This document shows, in pieces, positions 23,596-34,722 of a DNA stretch of 64,000 nt (the first letter of the stretch is position 1; the number at the start of each line of letters is the position of its first letter). Under the pieces are notes generated by a model. The model ran no database searches and was not told the DNA's origin. It saw only the letters and a program-made list of their open reading frames with translations. The stretch lies in NCBI GenBank assembly GCA_951406725.2, contig OX597822.1, forward strand, positions 92,194,001 through 92,258,000. The letters run 5' to 3'. The position numbers and the translations under genes are program-made. Source of the DNA: Octopus vulgaris (taxonomy: Eukaryota).

Positions 23596-25029
23596 ACTTT
23601 TGATTGGATGTAGTTTAGCTAAGCATCATCCACTCAAAAGCTAATATTTCAAATATTAAAGATGAAACCTTTCTCAGCGTACATAAGCAATATTTTATAC
23701 TCTGATATTTCAATGATGACCCACCACCCACTCTCCACTCCAGCCTGGATAGGTTTTCTTTTCTGAGCATGATCAATTGTTTGTTGTCCATTATTCATCA
23801 TATGAACTTTAAGTGTTCAGATTAATCTGTCAAATTCAGTGCTTATTTGTTCACATTATTTTGAATTATACAGGTTCAAGTGGGATGTCCGCAATATTTG
23901 CTTGTAACTTTGTTAATTGTTAATACAGATTTGAAATTTTGTCAGTGGGTGCTTATATGCCAGTGGTTTATAGTTATGTAATTTTAGCTGATCTTGCTGA
24001 TTAGATTTGACTTTTATGGATAGGTGAATTTAATTAACAGATGTAAAAGCAATAACATGGATAAACACTAAAATTTAAATTCTTAATGCATCTTACATGT
24101 TTGATTTGTTATTAAAATTATCCCAGATGTCAACTGCCAACAATTTTACCACTTTTCAAGATAAGGTATATTAATTTGAATTAATTAGAATACAGGTATA
24201 ATTGGCACAGGATTTTATTTTTTCTCTAAATTTCATTGAAAATAAAGTACAAACTCTTTTACTTGTCAATATACCATTGGCTATGTAATCTTATACAGTT
24301 TAATGAATACATTTACAAACAGAATGCATCTAAGAAAAAAAGCTCATTAACAGGTGCAAAAAAGGTGGTTACAGGTGTGTAGCATACTGAAAATTAATAT
24401 GGATTTCTCACTTTCACATATTATTTGTATCAAACAACAGAATATAGTTATGCCATATTTCTATAGTTAACTGTCCAAAACACCCTGTACACAAAGCCAT
24501 TGCAAAAGTAAATATGAAATTTTTAGGGAGATTCACTAATTGTATGGATTTAAATTTTTGAAGTTACTTCTGTCGGTAAATTAGGTATGAAATTACTTTC
24601 ATTGTGAACTTCTTTCTGTTGTTGTTTGTAAATAGCGATTGAGAACTGATAGTGAAAACAGTAGCGTCTGAAAAGTGAAAGTGAAAACAATAGTGAGTGA
24701 GTGAGAGAGAGATAGCTAGTTAGAGAAATAAGATATAGAGTGACTGATAGAGATGGATAGAGAGATATACATAGAGAGAGATATAGACGTCACCGATGCT
24801 AGTGGTGTTGCATTAAATTTGAAACTCCATATGTGGCCAGCCAACTTAGTAGCTTTGTTTTTGTCCCTATATTGGAAGGAAGCTATGGGATTAGCATAGC
24901 AATTCTTACATATGGTTTCACATTAGGCATCTTGCAAAACAAATGCATAAATATGTCTATATTCAATGTTGCCAAAACAAAATATTGTTATATCTCATGT
25001 CCACGTGTTGCAGTGCAATGGTAAAGGAA

Positions 25030-26191
25030 ATGCAATTATGACACTGTGGCATTTATTCGATATGACCACCTCTCTCTCGAATTACAGTCTTAAGTCAAGG
25101 TGCAAATGCTTCACATATAGCATGCAGCTGTTGTTGTGGAATTGAAGCCCATTCCTGGCACAGTTTTGCCTTCAGAGCATTGAGCAAAGCATGAGGAGTG
25201 TTCAAGACCCTTGTCTCCAAAATAGACCAATCAGAAAAATCCAACAAGTTGAGATTGGAGCTCTTTGAGGGTTATACATCTTTGCCTATGAACGATAATG
25301 TTTTTCTGAACCCAGTGTTGTGTCTGTTTGGAGCTGTGGGATGGTGCTGAGTCCTGCTGGAGGCACCAAGTTGCACCTTGAAAATGCTCATTTATTTATA
25401 GAAGCAGCTGAGCTTCTAGAATGTCGCTGATGTATCACTAGGTGTTAGTTTTAGCACCCAAGGACACAAAAATGAGGGGAGACCCTCGAGTGGCTGTTAC
25501 AGCTGCCCAAACCATAACTGACTGTGGATTTTAATGTCGATTTACAAGCCTACCCCAGAGTCAGTCATTCTGGTGGTTTACTATCTGTTCAATGTCAAAT
25601 TTCTTTACATCAGTGAACACGAGGTTAGGCAGCGTGCCTTCAGTAATCTGACACAGGACAAGACAACTTCTCTCCAGTCTCATGGCCTTATAAACTTGCA
25701 TGGGCTCATGACGGCAGATCATCTTGTAGGGGTGGGTCCTGAGATCCTCTTCTAGCACGCAATACGTCAATGTTCGGCTTATTTTTACTGTGGTAGCGAG
25801 TTTTCTGACAGAACAATGAGGATTTCATTGTATCTTTTCTCTGGTACTTTTGATAAGCTGAGGTGTCTGCACACTTCTTTTTCAGCCACACCCAGGTTGA
25901 TCAGCAGCGGAACCCATCTCTTGAAATTTCTAAACTGTTGTTCAGTTAATACATCTATAGCTGTATTACTTTCACCTCATTTGTGTATGTATGTATGTGT
26001 GTGTGTGTGGGGGGTTATGATTGTATTTCAGTCTATAGTCATTACGTAAGTTATAAATCTGAATTTATTTAGTCTGTAACAAAAAGAGGATACGCTAAGC
26101 TTTTATAATGATGTATAATTTTCATATCTTATCACATTTGACAGTTATTAAAGCCCAAAACTTCAGTTGTCTTAATTTCGGGACACCCTGT
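25030..26191 (-). mobile_element. Degenerate Tc1/mariner-superfamily transposon (maT/rosa-like)
   Basis: EDLRTHPYK, LVFTDVKKFDIEQIVNHQND and a decayed PSKSSNLNLLDFS.WSILE motif. Terminal TA|CAGGGTGTCCC at ~26180-26192. Confidence 0.72.
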
Positions 26192-27519
26192 ATATGTATA
26201 TATATATGTGTGTGTGTGTGTGTGTGCATGTATAGATGTCCGTGTGCATGTATAGATGTCCGTGTGCATATACATACATATATATGATTATACACCAGAA
26301 TGTGTATGACTTGAACATGTAATCATGACATGAAAATGTATTATTTCCATATGTAATTCTGTGACTTTAGAATGCTTTGTAACCAACCTGAAAACTCTGG
26401 ATTTATATTTATTTTATATGATAGTAATGATTATTTTATTCCAATTTCACTGAAATTAATGTGCTCTATGTGGAGAAAACTGAAATGCACACTAGGCTTG
26501 AATTGCCGATGTAATCAGCCAAATCAATAAACCTATTGTATCAGCTCTGATATCTAAGCACAGATCATTTTGTATCTACTTGAAAAGAATTGCAATTGGC
26601 TCATTGGTTTAGTTTTATTCAAAAGTATTGAGATAAAACAATATATTTCATCTGTTTCTTCCACAGCAGAGGTTTGTTTAACTTATTAGATAAAGTAGTG
26701 ATTTAAAAAAAAAAATTATCATTGTTGTTATATAACTGAGATAATAAAATAAAATAAGTAAATGTTGTTCAAGAAGTGATTATATTTCTGTATTTTTTTT
26801 TTAATTTGTTTTTTATACCTCATTAGTCTAAAACCATGTAAACAAGTTTTGATTTCATGAATCTACTAAGTTATACTGATATCCACTTAAATGCCAGTGT
26901 TGTACTGTGCAATTCAGAAAATACAACTGAGTGAATCATTTTAAGATGTATCCAAAGCCTTTATCTGAGCTCCCCACCTCTCTCTCTGTTGCTAGCTAGC
27001 TAGCTCTCACAAGTGGAAACAAAATATACAGATCAAATTCTTGATTCCTTTTTTACCTATTTTTCTTGCGGACATTAACCTGCATCAACTGTATTTATCT
27101 CATCTGCCTAACACAGTCTCTACATGTTTTGGATGGATTAACAAATGAAAAATTTCAATATTTAGTGTTCCTAATTGATACCATATTGCATATAGAGGGA
27201 AAAATATTTGTGTAATGTCAGGTCACTCTCACGTGCAACTGGTAACATGTAGGCCATACAACTTCTCTCATGTTTGGGTCATCAGTGACTAAACTGGCAA
27301 CCCCACTGGGCTTGCTTCATGAGGAGGGCAATTTGGACATCCTGAGTAGTACTGTATTTGGAAGAGGGATGAGGGGATAGGTATTAGGAATAAGAGATAT
27401 GGGGGATTTCTTGACATGGGCAGAATAGGTACAGGACCCAGTATGCACAGGCATAAGCATATTACTTTAGGGTCTTGCTTTCACCATGATGGATAGGTTT
27501 TGTCTAACAGAGTGAATTG

Positions 27520-28330
27520 GCAATCATCTCAGTCATTTGTCATCTTCATGAAGCTCAACATCTTCGCTACTTCATCCTATGTCTTCCACAAGTTCCATCC
27601 ACTTTAAGCAACCAGCACCTCTTTATATAGCTGTTCTCATTCATATGCATCGCATGACCAAACCCTCTCTGTATTCTCTATTGCACACTACATCTGATTC
27701 TTCTTGTGTCTAATTTTTCTCTCAACACTTTTTTGCTTTATCATACATACACACTGACATTGCACATCCAAAGGAGCATTCTGGTTTCTAGATTTTGCAA
27801 GCCACAACTTTTTCCCATCTAGCATTGCCATTTACACACAAGCATAATCAATCTGTCTTTCACTCTAACAGAGAGAGACCTCAGAGGTAATAGCTCTCAA
27901 GACTTTCCCCATCCTATTCTTATTCCAGCAACTATACCTTCAGAACATCCTCTTCCTCTGCTAATTTGGCCACCTAGGTAATAGAAACTATCTACTACCT
28001 CTAAGAAACCTCTTGGGCATTTAAGTAAATTGATTTCCCATGTATTCTTAATGTTTGTTTTTCCTTTGAATCTTCCACCTACAAAGACTACTTCATCTGT
28101 TAACCTTCCTACAATTCAATTGCACCTCTTGTATGTCCTTAGCTTGCACCATATGGAATTCCTGCTTACATTCTTCCTATATATCAAGCAGGACTATTTA
28201 CCTGAAAGGAATGGAGTCACTTGTTTTCTTGCTTGCTACAACTTTGATATTTGCTAAGTTAACTTTAAGGCCCTTTGAGTGCAGGTTTTCTCTTGCATGC
28301 CTGGAATTTAATTGCTAATTCTACTACAGA
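27520..28330 (-). mobile_element. Degenerate RTE RT/C-terminal fragment with Cys-rich insert
   Basis: SKGLKVNLANIKVV … LEVVDSFYYLGGQISRGRGCSEGIVAGIRIGWGK … LLWMCNVSV. Confidence 0.8.
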
Positions 28331-28540
28331 TTCTGCTATAAGAACAAAGTTTCCAAGCCTGTCTTTTCATTTTATAATTTTACATTCTTCCTTGTTCCAC
28401 TACCATGTCACCTTCAGTCTGGCCAGGACTTTGCTTCAGCCACACAGACTTAGTTTACTACTCTCAGTAGGTTGTCCCATAAGGACTTCCAATTGTCCTT
28501 TATGCCATACATTGTTATCTCCTAAGTAATCATTATTATC

Positions 28541-28880
28541 AAGGCTGCAAGCTATCAGAATCACTACTGCACTGGGCAAAGTGCTTAGCAGTATTTATCC
28601 ATCTATATTCTGATCTCAAATTTTGTTGAGGTCAACTTTACTTTTCATCCTTTCAAGGTCAGTTTCATTGACTAGCCCCAATGGAATTTCAGGCTTTGTT
28701 CCTATAGGAGAAAGGATCATAATTTTCAGAGAGGTGTATTTGCAGAATTATTAGAGCTCCACAAAAATGCTTTGCAGTATACAAGCCCTTTTACATTTTG
28801 AGTTTAAATCACATTCTGGCCAACTTTGCTTTTTATGCCTCTGAAGTTGAAATGAAGCACCAGTCAAGTACTGGAAGGAA
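28541..28880 (+). mobile_element. Two tandem degenerate Meta-like SINEs
   Basis: GGTCAACTTTACTTTTCATCCTTTC and GGCCAACTTTGCTTTTTATGCCTCTG cores with preceding …CAGAAT(C/T)A.TA…heads. Confidence 0.6.
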
Positions 28881-29029
28881 TGGATGATTTAATTAAATCA
28901 ATAACCATTGTGTCTGAAGTTCCAGCAATTATTATTATTCTTTTCAATTATAGAATCCAATGTTATTATACACAAAAAAGTGAATGTATATACTTGCAGA
29001 ATATTTCATAGTATATATATATATTTATA

Positions 29030-29438
29030 AAAACTGTAGTTGGAGAAGGAGAAACGAAACGAAACGAATCGAATCGACGCGAGAGCGCCCAGTCATACAA
29101 TAGTGTAAAAAATAAAATATATGCATACATACATACATGTATGTACGTACCTACATCTACATGTATATATACATGCATATATAAATATATATACGTGAGT
29201 ACAGGACACCACAATTAGGCGTAGAACATAACGAGAAATGAAAATGAAAAAACAAGCATGGAATGGACCTTTTTTTTTAACAACGAAAGAACTGTGTACA
29301 AGACAAACTACACAAGGAAAAATCCCCTTCATCAGCTGTCCCTAGTTCAACTCCAGCGTGTTTCGAAGGTGCGGACAGAACACGACTCGTCGAACTAGCC
29401 CTTCCTGCGAAGAGATTAAATAAAATTACTTCGCAGAG
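29030..29438 (-). mobile_element. Penelope-like terminal-repeat-type fragment carrying a rearranged hammerhead
   Basis: CpG-rich island in TA microsatellite context, T-rich on the minus strand, carrying hammerhead core segments. Architecture is similar to the PLE repeat at 55770-55980. Confidence 0.5.
29324..29398 (-). ncRNA. Putative non-circularly permuted (pseudoknotted) hammerhead ribozyme
   Basis: Minus strand CTAGTTCGAC GAGT CGTGT T^CTGTCC GCA CCTTC GAAACACG CTGGA GTTGAACTAG GGACAG CTGATGA A GGGG. Stem III CGTGT/ACACG (+10-bp extension), stem I CTGTCC/GGACAG, weak stem II GGGG/CTTC. Confidence 0.6.
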
Positions 29439-31161
29439 GTATATATATATATATTTACATATATTTACACACACACACACACACATATATATACATTATA
29501 TATATGTGTGTGTGTGCGTGTGAATTGATTGTTCTGTGTGTGTTGAGGGGGTGTATACATACATTCTCAATTGCAAATGGTTGCAATATCTGGGGCTACA
29601 AAAATTTGCAAGACCTTGAGATACAAAGGATGATAAACAAAGCCTCCCAAGCAAAATTTTTTCTAAATTAAAGGGAGAACACACACACTCACGCCCTATC
29701 TGACTGTCTTTTGTTATACTAAAACAGTATTTCATACACTGTGTGTTCAATGTATGTAGAATCTATTATAATTGTGTATTACTAAATGGGATTACTTCCT
29801 CATGCCTAGGGGTTTTATGATGTCAACTTGGTGACATCATTGGTGAGTATACAGGAAGCCTTTTGATGTGAGAAAATCCTGTTTCTAACAGACAGTAATG
29901 GACCTTTTATCCAACTCCCAGAAATATGGGAATAGTGTGCAATATCATGCAATATACTACATTCTGTTTTGAGTAAACAGACCCTCTTTTTTGTGTTAGT
30001 TAATAAGCAGACAATATGTTAAAAATAGTTTGTTTTTCTAAATATATTTTTATGTGTATTGATAAAGATTAAGCATACTCTGCTTTAAAAGTGTATTTTG
30101 TACCAGTATCTGTTAAATAAAATCATGTTCTTTTGTTTTTAATTTTCATCCTATAAACACTTGGCTGTATGTATGATACAATATGATATACCTTAAGAAT
30201 TTTAAGTGGATAAACAATTATCAAACAGCTCCTGATTTAGAAGTGTATTGATTTGAATCTGTTAAATACATTTTACTTTATTTTTCATTGTTTGTTTTTA
30301 GTATATATTTAGCTAATCTCCAGAAAACTGGAAAATCTAGAAATCCTGACCACTTCCAGTCCCAAGCTTGCCAGACATTTTGTGCAGGGTTAGCAATTTT
30401 CACTGCCATAATGTATACTTAAACACCCCCAAATCTTGGAAAATAGTGATTTGTCTACTAAATAATTACATCAGCCTTGCAAAAAATACATTTCAATAGG
30501 TTAACAATATATATATTTCAAAATCAAGAACATTAACACACATTGGATTGAATGATCACAGCTTGAAGGTATGTCAAACAATGGCAATTGAATCCAAACA
30601 AATGTGCTGTAGGCCTACTAAGGCAGAACTTATTGGATTGTGAGAAGGGATGGGGGAGGGTTATGTACTAAAAAGAAGCAACCTTGAAAGCTTTTGTGGC
30701 ATCTGTGATGCCCTCTTTTGTTCTTTTCTTTATGGAGGCAACTAATGAGGGATATCTAAAATGAGCTCAAACTATGCCTGATCAAATAAGACAAAAAATA
30801 GCAGCTCCAACCTCCAAAGGTGACATAAAATTTTGTTGATGTAATAATATTCAGTTAACCTTTGCCATTCTGTAAAGATTAATATGGAATAGAGCACAGA
30901 AGTGGTTTTGAGTGGTGGGGGCGATATCGGAGAAATACGGTGGAGCTAAATAGTAAATACAAATGTTACATAGCTCTTATATTAAGCAAGAATATCTTGA
31001 GCTGTTTTAGATTTATAGCACTTATATATTCACTGACATTTTGATGAAAAGCCATTTGATATGAAAACTTCAAATACCAATCTGCTGGTCACATTTAATT
31101 GTAGATATTTAAAAAGGTTTCCTTCATTTGATCAGTGTTAGTAAACAGCAGATGTCTTAGA

Positions 31162-31500
31162 GAAATTTCAAACCTGGATTCTCATTCCTAAGGTATTTTT
31201 TCAATGTTGTTGTTGTTGTTGTTGTTATTATTATTATTATTCAGGTCATTGCCTGGAATCAAACTCGGAATCTTGGGGTTAGTCGCCTGCGCTCTTAACC
31301 CCAAGATTCCGAGTTCGATTCCAGGCAGTGTCTGAATAATAATAATAATAATAATATTAATAACATACAAAAAATACCTTAGGAATGAGAACCCAGGTTC
31401 GAAATTTCCCCAAGATACCTGATAAAGGTGGAGGGTATATCAGCTGAAACGTGTTAACAACAAACAAGATGACAAATATCCATTAAATGTAAATAATGTA
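31162..31500. mobile_element. tRNA-headed, hammerhead-bearing PLE-type element, copy 2 (palindromic)
   Basis: Arms ~31162-31281 and ~31297-31408 are reverse complements with a short spacer. B box GAGTTCGATTCC. Hammerhead remnant ATAC-CTGATAA-A-GGTG…CAGCT-GAAAC-GTGT at 31415-31454. Confidence 0.72.
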
Positions 31501-31522
31501 TGTATGTATTTATTTATGTGTG

Positions 31523-31553
<31 letters not shown>

Positions 31554-31600
31554 TTACATGCACACACATGCCTACATAACGGCCTATTAACAACACTGTC

Positions 31601-31641
<41 letters not shown>

Positions 31642-32139
31642 GGTATTGGAAATATATAAATGGAAAAACAGTTAGTATGAATCACCATAAGACATTTTTG
31701 TGTATAAATATATTGTTTATTCTGTGTTCACCTTTTGTGGTGGAAGCAAGTATTTTGATACAAAAACATGTGTGTTTACATACAAAGAAAGTTTTGATTT
31801 TTGCTTTTGCACTGAAAGAAGTAACATATAATAGTTGTATTACAGTATGTATGCATGTGTGCAATGAGAACAGTCATTTTGAGAATGTGTGTATGATAAA
31901 ATATCTTCATCTATGAACCATATATCTTGTGTTGAGGTGAACAGATATGTGAGTCGCCCGTGGGAGTGTGCGTGTGGAGCTGCAGAGAAGACATGGCTTT
32001 GACTGTAGCCTGGCAGTAACTGAGTTTTCTACAGTGTAGCTCAGAACGAGGTTAATGTATCGAAGCGAGGCTCATCGATATATTTGTCTGCTGTGCAGGT
32101 CAACTCACATATTACTATGTAATATGTAGCTCTGCCATA

Positions 32140-32408
32140 CCAGCACAGTCATCTCTCATGCACACCACATCTGATGCTTCTTATGACCAACATTTCTCTC
32201 AGGGCGCTTACACTCTTTCGTGTGTGCACGCTGACATTACACATCTAGCGGATCATACTAGCTTCATTTCTTTCAAGCCTATGCATGTCTTCAGCAGTCA
32301 GAGCCCATGTTTCATTGCCATGTAGCATGGCACATCACACACAAGCATCATACAATCTACCTTTCACTCTGAGCAAGAAGTTCTTTGTCACCAGTAGAGG
32401 TAAGAGCT
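32140..32408 (-). mobile_element. RTE ORF fragment
   Basis: Homologous to 11860-12125 (HGNETWALTAEDMHRLERNEASMIR*MCNVS). Confidence 0.8.
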
Positions 32409-32599
32409 TATACAGTTTTGCGAAAAAAGCATAGCAAATGAGTTGAAGTTAGTGTTGTAAAAATTTGTACAGTCATACAATTACTGATAAGGTTATAAAA
32501 CATATTAGAAACTAAAATATTTTTATACCCATCAAGCTGGGTGGAATCGTAGTTGTGGGAAGTACTGATGTCAACATAACTAGTACCCATGCTAGTGGA

Positions 32600-32770
32600 A
32601 TGTAAAAGCACCCATTACACTCTCAGAGTGGTTGGCATTAGGAAGGGCATCCAGCTGTAGAAACCATGCCACATCCGACTGGAGTCTGTTGCAGCCCCTC
32701 AGCTTACTGGCTCTGGTCAAACCGTCCAACCCATGCCAGCATGGACAATGAATGTTAAATGATGATGATA
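32600..32770 (+). mobile_element. RTE 3' tail
   Basis: GTGGTTGGCATTAGGAAGGGCATCCAGCTGTAGAAACC…GTTAAATGATGATGAT. Confidence 0.8.
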
Positions 32771-34479
32771 TTTGATTAATGAGGGATATGGAAGATGGAA
32801 GATATGGGAATCTTTGTTGATCACTACAAATGGTTCGACCTATCTCGCATGCATGCACGCATACACACACTCATTAGTAATGACTGTTAGTGGAAGAATG
32901 CATGCTAAACACTAGAAAGATGGAATAAACAATACTTGTTAATAGAATATTTGTTACTTCTCTAGTGCCCAAGGTTTCCTGCTGACAGGAATTTTTCAAC
33001 CAGAATTCAAAATACTAATGGTATTTCAACATTATAACTAACATCTGATCTATAAATATGACAGTGTGCACCATCATAATGCACCTTTAATCCACATTCT
33101 ATTGTGGTGGCACTAACTTTCAGAAAAGAAAACAGTTGGATTAGTCTGTGAAATATATTACATAAAATACACTTTGCAGTTGTCACAGTCAGTTTTCAAA
33201 TAACAACCAAATAATTTAGCAAAAATATTTTTTATTTGTGATTAATATTTAAATTTAAAGAAAAATGAAATTTGTCTGGCTGTGAAAATAAGTAACTGGG
33301 TACTTGAGTTGAGGTATTAAAAATTTTAAAGCTTTTGAAAATGTTAAATATAAAATTAAATGGAATAAATAGAATAAATTCAATGACAAGTGCAGCTACT
33401 AAAGATAAAAAGATGCCTTGACAAATGAAAGGTAGAGACTATTAGGAAAGAAATTGAAGACAATATATTTTATTAAATTTATGTCACAGCGTATCAGATT
33501 GAGTTGAGTACCTTACAGTATTTGTTCTATTTTGTGCTCTTTGAGTTCAAATCCACATTTTGCCTGTCAAAGTTTCAGGGTTGATAAAAATAAATGCCAG
33601 TACAGAGAGGTGAGTTGGTGAAACTAAGAACATCAGACCAAATGCTTTGGTGTAGTTGTCTTGGCTCTGTGCATTTTGATTTAAAATCCTGGAGTGACCA
33701 AGTTGGATGATAAACTTAATGCATCATCTGGTTTAACACCATCACTTGATACTTTGGGTACCTTAAGTCCACTCTGTTGTGAACATTCAAAGTATGTCTC
33801 CAGTATAAGAATACCTTCCTACATACCTCCCTTCCCCCCATCAATCTCAGAGGGCATGTGAAGGGTCATGGACATTGCCTTTCCTCCTGACTAAGATATT
33901 TTTAAAAATGTAAACAAGTTTGTTATTAGCTATAGGCATCTGAGAGGTCAATCATTGATTCACTGCACTTATGATGGCAACAGTGACAAAGGAGTATCTA
34001 TCTACTCCACCAGGACAGAACAACACTGTGTATGGCTTGAAAATGCCACCTTATCAGTATTCTTGCTGTTGTTTACATCTTTTTATGAAAGATGCATTTG
34101 CACATATTATAAACTTCAAATTTCTGTCTACAAATTTCTTCTCACAAGGTAATGATCAATCCAAAACAATAGTAGACAACTCTTGCCCAAGGTGCTGAGC
34201 AGTAAAATTCAACCCACAAGAATGTGGTTGCAAATTGCATTTGGTAATTATACAACCATGGCTACATCCATATAAAAGTTTAAAAGCTCAAACTGAAGTG
34301 TTATCTCAACATCTGCTGATTCACCTCTACCTCATTGTATGTAGCATAAAATGAAGAGCTCTGTAACCAACACCTGTTTCATTTGCTTGCTGTACTAGGC
34401 TAAAATCTTACTGTAAAGCCCAGTGAAAGCATTGGTACACTGTTCAATTGCATCCTTGCTTCATTTGCAACATACCAAG

Positions 34480-34722
34480 GTTGTAGGTCTGTCATGTACT
34501 TTTGACTGTTTGAACATCTTCATGATGTACAAAGAGTCAAAAGTACAGCATTTCTTTCTTGATTGTATATTAACCGTTTGCAGGGTTAACTGCTAGCTGT
34601 TGTTGGTACTCTTTTATAGCTGAGTTGACTGGAGCTATGTGAAACGAAGTGTTTTGTTAAAGAATATAGCATCTTGCAGCTGGTTACTCAACTCTGTAGC
34701 TACTAACCCATGCACCTTCACA
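34480..34722 (-). mobile_element. Degenerate SINE, possibly Nin/Deu-domain type
   Basis: GTTGGTACTCTTTTATAGCTGAGTTGACTGGAGCTATGTGAAACGAAGTGTTTTG resembles the reverse complement of the Nin-domain core; tRNA-like head remnant at ~34700-34722. Confidence 0.4.
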
